Assembly (NCBI GenBank): GCA_041695225.1
Contig: JBGFRI010000047.1
Location: 1 to 10,580 of the forward strand
DNA: 10,580 bases
Direction: 5' to 3'
Source of the DNA: Deinococcota bacterium
Lineage (GTDB): Bacteria > Deinococcota > Deinococci > Deinococcales > Thermaceae
Below are positions 1-7,660 of the stretch, piece after piece. The notes below the pieces were generated by a model. The model was not told where the DNA came from. It made no database searches and saw nothing but the letters and a program-made list of their open reading frames with translations. Every line of letters begins with the position of its first letter. Position 1 is the stretch's first letter. The position numbers and the translations under genes were made by a program.

Positions 1-358
1 CCCCCCCGCCTCCGCGAGTAGAGCACCTGGTGGCAACCTCCGCCGCACCCTCATCCTGAAACGCTGGTACAGACAGCATCGTGGCCTTCAGCCAGCGCCA
101 AACTGTCAAAGTTGGGCCTGACGCGAAGCAGTCCCTAGCTTCCTCTCGGCCAGGTTGCGTTAATACCGCCCTGGATGGATGAAACACCCCCATGCTCGGC
201 CACTCCGACACCTTGTTGCTTCGTCGGCCTGCGGCCTCCTCGAGTCCACTCATGCGCTAAGCGAAAATTAGCGATTGACATCGTAATAGCTGCCACGCGT
301 TTGGACTTTAGATGTGCGCTTCACTAACTCTATGAGTGAGCACAGTTAAAGCCTTCAT

Positions 359-1627
359 TCATGCAAAACGTTCGACTCTAAAGGCGCCCAAATCGAACCT
401 GCTCTTCTGCCCGTTCACCAGCTCTGCTACCAGCTGGCCGGTGCCCGGTGCGAGGGTAAGGCCCAGCATCGCGTGACCGGTGGCAACGATTACGTTGTCA
501 TGATGCGGTGACGGCCCAATCACCGGAATGCCATCGGGAGTGACCGGGCGCAGTCCGGCCCAGGACTCTTTTACCTCCAGTTTTTTGTCTAACTCGATAT
601 ACTCTCGCGCGAATTTCTCTAGCCGGGCAGTCCATACCGGATTTGGCGTTAGATCGTACTCGCCCACTTCAAATCGGCCAGAAAACCGCAAAAGGTTGCC
701 AAGCGGCAAGACTGCCACCCGCCGATCACCCAGAATGAAGGCATGGCGCGGCATCTGGCTGGGCGCAGCAACCGTGAGGCTGTATCCCCGCGCCGGTTGT
801 ATGGGAAGTGTTTGCCGCATTTCCTGCGCAACCAGGGAAGACCACGCGCCTGCCGCCAGGACTATCTGCCCGGCCTCGAGCTCACCAGCACTTGTTCGTA
901 CCAGCCGAACCTTTCCCCGCGCCGATTCAAACCCCGTGACGGTGGTGTGCGGCAGCATCTCCGCGCCCATTGCCCCTACACGTTTTGCCAGCTCACCCAG
1001 AAAAGTGTCTGGATTCATGAAAGAGTCGCCCGCATAGTGAATCCCACCGATGACCCCATCCAGCACAATCGGCTCTTTAGCCCGCAAAGCGGCCCGATCC
1101 AGCACCTCAACCGGTACGCCGTTCTTCATTAGAAAATCGGCTTCGCGCCTGCCGCTTTCAAAGGCCCTGGTGTCCTTATAAAGGTAAATGACTCCCGTCT
1201 TTTGATACTGGCAGTGTATGCTCTCTTCCTCCAGCACTTTCTTTAAGTTTGTCGCGCTCAATTGAGCAAGATTTTGCAGAGAGGGTAGCCCCCGCCGGAC
1301 ATTGGCCTCGGTGCAGGAAGCTGCAAACTGAACCAGCCACATAATATATTTCGGGTCCAGGCGCAGCTTGATCGCAAATGGACTCGAGGCTGGGTTTAGC
1401 ATCCACCTTAGGGCCGAAGCCGTTACCCCCGGCGCTGCCAGCGGAACGATGTGACTGGGCACAAACTGCCCAGCATTTCCGGCGCAGCTTCCTTTGGCAA
1501 TTTCCCGGGCATCAAGTATGGTTACTTTCCTTCCCGATTTGAGCAGGTAGTAGGCGGAAATTAAACCCACCGGTCCGCCGCCTATGATGATGACGGTGGG
1601 CCCGGGCTGGTCTGAGTTTTTTGCCAT
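359..1627 (-). CDS. FAD-dependent oxidoreductase, D-amino acid dehydrogenase (DadA/DAO) family, 422 aa
   Basis: N-terminal Rossmann motif VIIIGGGPVG, GSCAGNAG, VLAAGAWS, PARGYS, WAGLRPVTPDGIPVIG and ATGHAMLGLTLAPGTG are typical of DadA/DAO. GGAG lies 5 nt before the ATG. The substrate cannot be determined from sequence. Confidence 0.9.
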   Translation of the reverse strand: MAKNSDQPGPTVIIIGGGPVGLISAYYLLKSGRKVTILDAREIAKGSCAGNAGQFVPSHIVPLAAPGVTASALRWMLNPASSPFAIKLRLDPKYIMWLVQFAASCTEANVRRGLPSLQNLAQLSATNLKKVLEEESIHCQYQKTGVIYLYKDTRAFESGRREADFLMKNGVPVEVLDRAALRAKEPIVLDGVIGGIHYAGDSFMNPDTFLGELAKRVGAMGAEMLPHTTVTGFESARGKVRLVRTSAGELEAGQIVLAAGAWSSLVAQEMRQTLPIQPARGYSLTVAAPSQMPRHAFILGDRRVAVLPLGNLLRFSGRFEVGEYDLTPNPVWTARLEKFAREYIELDKKLEVKESWAGLRPVTPDGIPVIGPSPHHDNVIVATGHAMLGLTLAPGTGQLVAELVNGQKSRFDLGAFRVERFA

Positions 1628-1678
1628 CGAGTCTCCGTAACAACAGACTAAGCAAAGTCTCGCAAGAAGGCTTGTTCA

Positions 1679-1687
1679 AATATAGCA
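1679..1687 (-). promoter_or_regulatory. Putative extended -10 promoter (TGcTATATT) for the DadA-like gene
   Basis: The minus strand reads TGcTATATT about 50 nt upstream of the ATG at 1627. No good -35 was found. Confidence 0.4.
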
Positions 1688-1842
1688 TGACCAACAAACA
1701 TTTCTGGCCTCGCTGGGAAAAACATAGCGCTCCCCGCTCTTGCCAGGCTCGTTGGCTGGATAACCACAGCACCCAATTAGAAAACAGCCGGACCTGGCCG
1801 GCCTGGGGCAGTACCAGCCGGGCGCGTCTTGAGTTTGTGGCT

Positions 1843-1937
1843 TCACACAACGAGGCCGGCGCTATGGCCCATTCCCTGGGATCCCGACCGTGATGACCGT
1901 GGAGCTGGGTTTTCACCTGAACAGTCTTATCCAGCAT
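1843..1937 (-). pseudogene. folB: Degenerate 5' remnant of dihydroneopterin aldolase
   Basis: The ATG at 1937 overlaps the folP end (gATGCTGGATAA). It translates to MLDKTVQVKTQLHGHHGRDPREWAI and, after a 1-nt frameshift, AGLVV-stop. This resembles the FolB N-terminus (MDKI...F.GHHG..PEE..LGARFVV) at the position where folB usually sits. Confidence 0.6.
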
Positions 1938-2796
1938 CGCCTGTTTGCAGGGCCTGCCAGACCCGCAGCGCCTGCTGGTGACCTGCTACGTCGTGTACAC
2001 GTAACAGCGTGGCACCATGGGCGGCAGCATAAAGGCCCGCGGCGATACTGCCGGGGTCGCGTGCGCTGGGCTCCTGGACGCCGGCCAGTTTACCGATGGT
2101 TGCCTTGCGTGAGACACCCACCATGACCGGGTGTCCCAGTGCTGCCAGACGGTCAAGCCCGCGCAACAGGGCCAGGTTTTGCGCCAGGGTCTTGCCGAAC
2201 CCGATGCCTGGGTCAACAATCACGCTGGGTACCCCGGCCATTAGTGCCCGCTCGGCTGCCGTAGCCAGAAAGTGTGTTACCTCGGCCACCACGTCGTGGT
2301 AGTGGGGGGCTTGCTGCATGGTACCTGGCTCGCCTTGCATGTGCATGACTACCACTGGTGCCTGGTAGCCGGCGCAGACCTCCAGCATGGCCTCTGAGCG
2401 CAGGCCCCCAATATCGTTGATCAGGTGCGCCCCGGCCGCCAGGGCGGCCTCGGCCACCTCGGGCTTGGCGGTGTCTACGCTGATCAGGGTAGCCAGGTCG
2501 CGCACGCGTTCTAACACCGGCAACAACCTTGCCAGCTCTTCTTGAGCCGGGATCGGCTTCGCCCCCGGGCGCGAAGACTCGGCGCCCAGATCAATTATCA
2601 GCGCCCCCTGGGCCGCCAGGGCTCTGGCCTGAGCTACTGCAGCTTCGACCTTCAGGTAACGCCCGCCGTCGCTGAAACTATCCGGGGTAATGTTTACCAC
2701 TCCCATTAGCGCAACACCGCGCCAGACCACCCGGTAAGGGCTAGCTGTTGCGCCAGGAACCGGGTGCGCAAAGGTCAGTTGGGTCACATGGGCCAT
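1927..2796 (-). CDS. folP: Dihydropteroate synthase (true start may be GTG at 2787)
   Basis: Motifs MGVVNITPDSFSDGG, IDLGAESSRPG, ISVDT, HLINDI, MHMQGEP, DPGIGFGK, GVSRK and LRVHDV. Confidence 0.97.
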   Translation of the reverse strand: MAHVTQLTFAHPVPGATASPYRVVWRGVALMGVVNITPDSFSDGGRYLKVEAAVAQARALAAQGALIIDLGAESSRPGAKPIPAQEELARLLPVLERVRDLATLISVDTAKPEVAEAALAAGAHLINDIGGLRSEAMLEVCAGYQAPVVVMHMQGEPGTMQQAPHYHDVVAEVTHFLATAAERALMAGVPSVIVDPGIGFGKTLAQNLALLRGLDRLAALGHPVMVGVSRKATIGKLAGVQEPSARDPGSIAAGLYAAAHGATLLRVHDVAGHQQALRVWQALQTGDAG

Positions 2797-2803
2797 GGTA
2801 TCA
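2795..2803 (-). promoter_or_regulatory. Putative extended -10 (TGaTACCAT) giving a leaderless folP transcript
   Basis: The minus strand reads TGaTACCAT-ggcccat-GTG, with the hexamer 7 nt before the in-frame GTG at 2787. There is no clear SD. Confidence 0.5.
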
Positions 2804-2952
2804 CTCGCTTACGTCAATTACCCACAGCCGGGTAATCGCGTCCAGAGAACACACTGAGGCCATAGAAGCCTAGGGTGTGGGGTGAGCAACGTGGTTTTAG
2901 CCCTTTGGGTAAAGATAGGCCCAAAGGTGGCCTGGTTTAGCACCACAGGGCA

Positions 2953-2961
2953 TGATAAGTT
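2953..2961 (+). promoter_or_regulatory. Putative extended -10 (TGaTAAGTT), leaderless start of the Dph6-like gene
   Basis: TGaTAAGTT-gctggcc-ATG(2969): a 7-nt spacer and no SD. Confidence 0.5.
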
Positions 2962-2968
2962 GCTGGCC

Positions 2969-3649
2969 ATGGGGAGAGTGCTACTTTCGTGGAGTTCTGG
3001 CAAGGACAGCGCCTGGGTTCTACACATGCTCCGAAAGGATCCAACCCTCGAGGTGATTGGCCTTTTGACAACCATAAATGCCGCCTACTGGCGGGTCTCG
3101 ATGCACTCGACCCGCCTTGCCATTCTTGAGGCCCAGGCCCGCGTGGTGGGACTCCCCCTCCAGCTCGTACCCCTACCCTGGCCCTGCTCTAATCAAGACT
3201 ACGAGGAGGCCATGCGTAAGGCTATCGAAGATGGGCTCAAAAGGGGTGCTACGCACATGGCCTTTGGAGACCTGTTCCTGGAAGACATTCGCGCCTACCG
3301 GATCAAGCAGCTTCAGGGATCTGGCCTGGAACCGCTCTTTCCCCTCTGGCAGGAGCCCACCGAGCAGCTGGCAAGGCGCATGATCGAGGCCGGCCTCGAG
3401 GCCGTGATCACCTGTGTCGATCCAAAAAGGCTTTCCTGCTCGTTTGCCGGGCGCAGGTTCGATCACAAGTTCCTGGACGAACTCCCGCCCGGCGTTGATC
3501 CGTGTGGTGAGAACGGCGAGTTCCACACGTGCGTACTGGCCGGGCCGATGTTCCGCCAGCCACTGCAGGCAGAATTGGGTGAGGTGGTGGAACGCGACGG
3601 GTTCTGCTTTGCCGATCTGGTGCCCAGCCCGGTAAAACTCGATACTTAA
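2969..3649 (+). CDS. Dph6/diphthamide-synthase-like ATP pyrophosphatase (adenine nucleotide alpha hydrolase family)
   Basis: PP-loop SWSSGKDS right after the start MGRVLL, plus RVSMH, AFGDLFLEDIRAYR, PLFPLW and GVDPCGENGEFHT. The start is moved from 2882 to ATG 2969 because the domain begins there. Confidence 0.88.
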   Translation: MGRVLLSWSSGKDSAWVLHMLRKDPTLEVIGLLTTINAAYWRVSMHSTRLAILEAQARVVGLPLQLVPLPWPCSNQDYEEAMRKAIEDGLKRGATHMAFGDLFLEDIRAYRIKQLQGSGLEPLFPLWQEPTEQLARRMIEAGLEAVITCVDPKRLSCSFAGRRFDHKFLDELPPGVDPCGENGEFHTCVLAGPMFRQPLQAELGEVVERDGFCFADLVPSPVKLDT

Positions 3650-3854
3650 GAACCAGGCCAGCGGCAGTAGTTACCAGCGTTCGCTGCGCTCTGCCCCTGA
3701 TGCCGGAAGTGATTTTGTGGTGCAAGGCAGGGTGTGCAGTGGGGTAGTGAGATCTTCACCGTCGAGCTCAGACCTTGCGGCTGGCCACTGTTACAGACGG
3801 GGGTGTGTAGGGGTGAAGTACCAAACCAGGGGACCGACCCCGGGCCAGCTACTG

Positions 3855-4313
3855 CTAGCGCTCCCAGAAGGCTGGCGGCTCTATGCCGAGTAGCCGCAGG
3901 TAGACGTAGCCCTGGGCGCGGTGGTGGATTTCGTTATCCAGCATATACAAAAGTCGGTCACGGTTGGCCCATCTGGCGCCAAAACTGTCCTTCTCCACCG
4001 CTTCTAAGCGCTCGCTGCTCAGCTGGCTAAGTAGGCCGGGAGACTCCTGACCTTGCAGTTCGAAAGCGCTTAGCAGGGCCATTTTGGAAGCCAGCGGCGC
4101 AGGGGTCTGCCAGGCCCAGTTTCCGCTGATGATGCCGTGCAGGGTATAGCGCTCGAGCGCCAAAATTTCACCGGCCATCTCGGCAAAGGTGCGCATCGGC
4201 TCCACCCGGTAGCCCAGGAGCTGGTCTTCCGGAAAGGCTTCAAGTGTGCGGATGGTCAGACGGCGGTGTCCCTGGAAATGGTTGATAAACTGCTCGAGGT
4301 TGAGAATGCTCAT
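3855..4313 (-). CDS. DinB/YfiT-family four-helix-bundle protein, 152 aa
   Basis: GHRRLT...EAFPE...MRTF and the C-terminal DNEIHHRAQGYVYLRLLGIEPP match the DinB-family pattern (not DNA Pol IV). Confidence 0.88.
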   Translation of the reverse strand: MSILNLEQFINHFQGHRRLTIRTLEAFPEDQLLGYRVEPMRTFAEMAGEILALERYTLHGIISGNWAWQTPAPLASKMALLSAFELQGQESPGLLSQLSSERLEAVEKDSFGARWANRDRLLYMLDNEIHHRAQGYVYLRLLGIEPPAFWER

Positions 4314-4319
4314 ATTAAA

Positions 4320-4325
4320 ACTCTA
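4320..4325 (-). promoter_or_regulatory. Putative -10 (TAGAGT), leaderless start of the DinB-family gene
   Basis: The minus strand reads ggTAGAGT-tttaat-ATG(4313), a 6-nt spacer. Confidence 0.5.
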
Positions 4326-4782
4326 CCTTGCCGGCAGGAGTTTTGGACCTGAGTCGGTACCCCGGCAGCTCAAGAGACTGCTAGGGATGAGCCTTTGGTC
4401 CTTCGGCAAATCGCGATAAATAGCCCGGCCAGGCAGGGCGCGCGGTCTCACGGTACAAGACGGGGCCTCGAGCCTTTGCGACATCAAGCTGTACCCGGCT
4501 TTTGGACTCGCACGCCAAGGCAGATGGTGGGTTTGGACCAGGACATCCCTTTGCACGAGTGCTTGGTCGTGGGAGGCCTGCCACCGTGTTTGAGTTGAGC
4601 TCTCCCAATCGAGCCAAACTGCCTGACCCGTCGCTGACATGTAGCCAGGTGGGCTTGGTCTGGCCCCGAGATATGGCACGGGGTCTTCCATGCGACTGAT
4701 ACTCGTCTCAGATCGACAGCCAGGCCAGGTCTTGTAGGGAGTAGTTGTCGGACTGGAACTCAGGGCCAAATTGACCAGACCC

Positions 4783-5436
4783 TCAGACCCTCACTGCCGA
4801 AAGAATCCAGACGAAGCGGTTCATGGGCTGAAAGGAGGTTGAGAAGCCTGCCCTTTCAAACAGGGTGCGCAAGACCTCATGGGTGGTGTAAAACTCACGC
4901 TGCAGGTCGGCCGCCAGACTGGTGAACCCACGCTCCTGCGCGGCTCGAATCAGCTCCTCGCGCACCTGGGCCTTCTCATACATGGTATCGGCAATTACCA
5001 CCCGCCCTCCATCACTCAGCAGCCGGTGGAAAAGCCTGGCCGCCTCACCCTTCTCCTCGTCGGTCAGGTGATGGAAAGCATAGCTGCTGACAATTCCTTG
5101 AATCGAGCCAGGGGAAAAGGGCAGGTTAAGAAAACTCCCTTCCACGTAGTCCAGCTCTGGATACTTGGCCTTTCCCCGCTCCCGCATGGCCTGGTTGGGC
5201 TCGACGGCGATCACCCGGTACCCTTTGCGCAGGGCCACGGCGCTTAAATTGCCGGTGCCGGCGCCGATATCCAGAACCACATCGCCCGGCTTTAAACCCA
5301 GACTCTCTATGGTCTGGGCCAGAATCTGGTCATAGCCGGCAAATACTTCCGCATACTCCCCCTCCTGGCGGTAAACCGACTGGTCGTACTCATCCGCCCA
5401 GCGGTCAAAGATCTCCTTGAAACGTGTGTCTTCCAT
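4783..5436 (-). CDS. Class I SAM-dependent methyltransferase, YrrT-like
   Basis: Motif I VLDIGAGTGNL, AVEPN..MR, IVSSYAFHHLTDEEK and LA.DLQREFY, plus N-terminal F..IFDRWADEYD, resemble Bacillus YrrT. It lies 14 nt downstream of mccA with GGGAG upstream. Confidence 0.85.
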   Translation of the reverse strand: MEDTRFKEIFDRWADEYDQSVYRQEGEYAEVFAGYDQILAQTIESLGLKPGDVVLDIGAGTGNLSAVALRKGYRVIAVEPNQAMRERGKAKYPELDYVEGSFLNLPFSPGSIQGIVSSYAFHHLTDEEKGEAARLFHRLLSDGGRVVIADTMYEKAQVREELIRAAQERGFTSLAADLQREFYTTHEVLRTLFERAGFSTSFQPMNRFVWILSAVRV

Positions 5437-5450
5437 GCCCAGACTGCTCC

Positions 5451-6362
5451 CTACCCATAGATCTGTTTACTGAAATACCGCTCACTGCGGTCGTAAAAGA
5501 CCGTGACCAGACTGCCTGCCACCCCGGGCCTGGCTGCTAGTTTTAAGGCAGCCGCAAGGTTGGCGCCGGAAGAAGAGCCAACCAAAAGCCCCTCCTGGCG
5601 GGCCAGCAGCTTTGCCCCCTGGTAGGCCTCTTCATCGGTCACCTTTATCACCTCATCAACCAGGGAGGGGTCAAATACCTCCGGGACAAAATGGTTCCCG
5701 ATTCCTTCGATGCGGTACGAACCGCACTCCCCACCGCCCAGGGTCGAGCCGAAGGGATCGGCCAGCACTGCGTGCAGGCCAGGGTTGCGCTCCTTTAGGT
5801 AAGAGACCACACCGGTGAAGGTACCGCCGGTACCGGCGCCAGCAACAAACAGATCCACCCTGCCCTGAAGCTGGCAGTAGATCTCCTGGCCGGTCTTGCG
5901 ATGCGCCCGCACATTGGCCGGATTGGTAAACTGATTGGGAATGTAAGAATCGGGAATGCTGCGGTGTAAATCCTCCGCCAGGGCAATGGCCCCTTCCATC
6001 CCCTCCGCTGCCGATACCTGGACGATCTCGGCGCCCAGGGCCTGCATGAGAATCTGCTTCTCCTCCGAGAACTTCTCCGGCACCACCAGCAGCAAGCGGT
6101 ATCCCTGGTGCAGAGCGGCCAAAGCCAGGCCTAAACCGGTGTTGCCGGCGGTGGGTTCGATAATTGTTGAGCCGGGGCGGATTAACCCCTTTTCCCGGGC
6201 TTCTTCTAGCATCTCCAGCCCGATCCGGTCCTTCACACCCCCGCCGGGGTTCATCAGCTCGAGCTTGGCGTAGACAGAGACATGCTCCGGCGCGCCGATG
6301 TTCCGCAAGCGCATAAGCGGGGTATTGCCAATAAGCTCGCGGATATCTTCAATCACCCTCAC
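5451..6362 (-). CDS. mccA: PLP-dependent cysteine synthase family; O-acetylserine-dependent cystathionine beta-synthase (MccA/YrhA-like)
   Basis: LIGNTPL, AKLE..NPGGGVKDR (PLP lysine), EPTAGNTG (TAGN rather than CysK TSGN), KFSEEKQ, GAGTGGT, IEGIG and ERYFSK. GTG start 1 nt after the mccB stop with a GGAGG SD. Confidence 0.8.
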   Translation of the reverse strand: MRVIEDIRELIGNTPLMRLRNIGAPEHVSVYAKLELMNPGGGVKDRIGLEMLEEAREKGLIRPGSTIIEPTAGNTGLGLALAALHQGYRLLLVVPEKFSEEKQILMQALGAEIVQVSAAEGMEGAIALAEDLHRSIPDSYIPNQFTNPANVRAHRKTGQEIYCQLQGRVDLFVAGAGTGGTFTGVVSYLKERNPGLHAVLADPFGSTLGGGECGSYRIEGIGNHFVPEVFDPSLVDEVIKVTDEEAYQGAKLLARQEGLLVGSSSGANLAAALKLAARPGVAGSLVTVFYDRSERYFSKQIYG

Positions 6363-6363
6363 C

Positions 6364-7503
6364 CTAAACCCCCTCCAAAGCCGCGGCCAGGTCGGCCTTT
6401 ATGTCCTCCACGTCTTCGATTCCTACCGACAGGCGGATCAACCGGTCGCTAATCCCCAGCCTTTCCCTTTGCTCAGCCGGGATAGCCGCATGGGTCATGG
6501 CGGCCGGCAGCGAGATCAGGCTCTCTACCCCACCCAGACTCTCCGCCAGGGTGATGAGTTTAAGGCTCGATAAGAGGCCCAGAGCCTGCTTGGCGGTGGC
6601 CACCTCAAAGGAAAGCATTGCCCCAAAGCCGCGGGCCTGCCTCTGCATCAGCTCGTGCCCGGCGTGAGCAGGAAGCCCGGGATAATATAGAGCAGTTACT
6701 TGCGGGTGATCGGCCAGAAAGCGGCTGATCTGCTGGGCGTTGGCCTCGTGCCGGTCCATCCGGACTCCCAGGGTCTTGATCCCTCGCATAAGCAGCCAGG
6801 AGTCCTGCGGAGCCAGAACCGCGCCCACCGCATTTTGCAGGAAATGAAGGCTCTTTTTAAGCTCCTCGCTCTTGACCACCACCAGGCCCGCAACCAGGTC
6901 GCTATGCCCGCCGAGGTACTTGGTGGCGCTATGCAGGACTATGTCTGCCCCTAAAACTAGCGGCTGCTGCAGATAGGGCGTCAGAAAAGTATTGTCCACA
7001 ATGGTCAGCAGACCGTGCTCCCGGGCCAGACGGCTGATGGCTTCAACATCGCTAATGCGTAGCAGCGGGTTGGTGGGGGACTCGATGAAAACAGCCCGGG
7101 TCTGTGGCCTGATGGCGGCGGCAACCAGAGCCACCTGCGAGGTATCCACTGCCGTATAGCTCAGTCCGAAGCGCTTAAACACCTGCTCCAGAACCCGGTA
7201 GGTTCCACCATAAACATCATCTGATACCACCAGGTGGTCGCCCGCACGAAACAGCAGCAACACCGTAGAGATGGCGGCCATCCCGGAAGCAAAGGCAAAC
7301 CCGGCCAACCCCTCCTCCAGCTCGGCGATAAGGGCCTCGAGCGCTGCTCGGGTGGGGTTTCCAGTGCGCGAGTACTCGTACCCCAGATGTACACCCGGGC
7401 TCTGCTGGCGGTAGGTAGAGGCCTGGTATATGGGCACACTTACTGCGCCGGTATGCGGATCCTCTGAAGTTCCCCCATGAATCAGTTTTGACAGAAACTT
7501 CAC
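6364..7503 (-). CDS. mccB: Cystathionine gamma-lyase / trans-sulfuration PLP enzyme (MccB/YrhB-like)
   Basis: YEYSRTGNPTR, FASGMAAI, DDVYGGTYR, ESPTNPLL, VDNTF, HSATKYLGGHSD and AESLGGVESL..PAAMTHA. GTG start with a GAGGGG SD, adjacent to mccA. Confidence 0.82.
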   Translation of the reverse strand: MKFLSKLIHGGTSEDPHTGAVSVPIYQASTYRQQSPGVHLGYEYSRTGNPTRAALEALIAELEEGLAGFAFASGMAAISTVLLLFRAGDHLVVSDDVYGGTYRVLEQVFKRFGLSYTAVDTSQVALVAAAIRPQTRAVFIESPTNPLLRISDVEAISRLAREHGLLTIVDNTFLTPYLQQPLVLGADIVLHSATKYLGGHSDLVAGLVVVKSEELKKSLHFLQNAVGAVLAPQDSWLLMRGIKTLGVRMDRHEANAQQISRFLADHPQVTALYYPGLPAHAGHELMQRQARGFGAMLSFEVATAKQALGLLSSLKLITLAESLGGVESLISLPAAMTHAAIPAEQRERLGISDRLIRLSVGIEDVEDIKADLAAALEGV

Positions 7504-7538
7504 TTTTACCCCTCGCTTCTAAACACAGACTTCAGGCA

Positions 7539-7547
7539 AGTTTAGCA
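7539..7547 (-). promoter_or_regulatory. Putative extended -10 (TGcTAAACT) for the mccB-mccA-yrrT operon
   Basis: The minus strand reads TGcTAAACT 35 nt upstream of the GTG at 7503. There is no convincing -35. Confidence 0.45.
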
Positions 7548-7625
7548 TGGTGCTTGGTGACCTTGGCGGGGCGGCGGGCTTTGAACGGGCCGCCGTCAAT
7601 TTCTGTAACAAACTCCCCGCAGAGC

Positions 7626-7654
7626 TTGACCATATCTGATTCTGAGGCTAGACT
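7626..7654 (+). promoter_or_regulatory. Sigma70-type promoter for the TPP-riboswitch transcript
   Basis: TTGACC(7626-7631)-17 nt-TAGACT(7649-7654). The predicted TSS near 7661 coincides with the 5' end of the aptamer. Confidence 0.8.
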
Positions 7655-7660
7655 CTGGCT

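Noticed and set aside
255..280. CGCTAA/TTAGCG inverted repeat followed by TTGACA
   Set aside because: Only a 6-bp stem, with no -10 at proper spacing and no + strand gene downstream.
314..343. Imperfect hairpin downstream of the DadA-like gene as a terminator
   Set aside because: The stem is bulged and there is no U-tract on the minus strand.
1512..1937. 141-aa minus-strand ORF as an intact gene
   Set aside because: Only the first ~25 codons look FolB-like. The rest is out-of-frame read-through overlapping the DadA-like gene.
2882..2968. N-terminal extension of the Dph6-like ORF
   Set aside because: It precedes the domain start and contains the putative promoter; ATG 2969 is preferred.
3709..3719. 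GTGATTTTGTG repeated at about 10368-10378
   Set aside because: An 11-nt match with only loose flanking similarity and different contexts, compatible with chance.
4335..4351. CAGG-N9-CCTG palindrome upstream of the DinB-family gene as a WYL-regulator box
   Set aside because: The arms are only 4 bp and no regulator gene is in the window.
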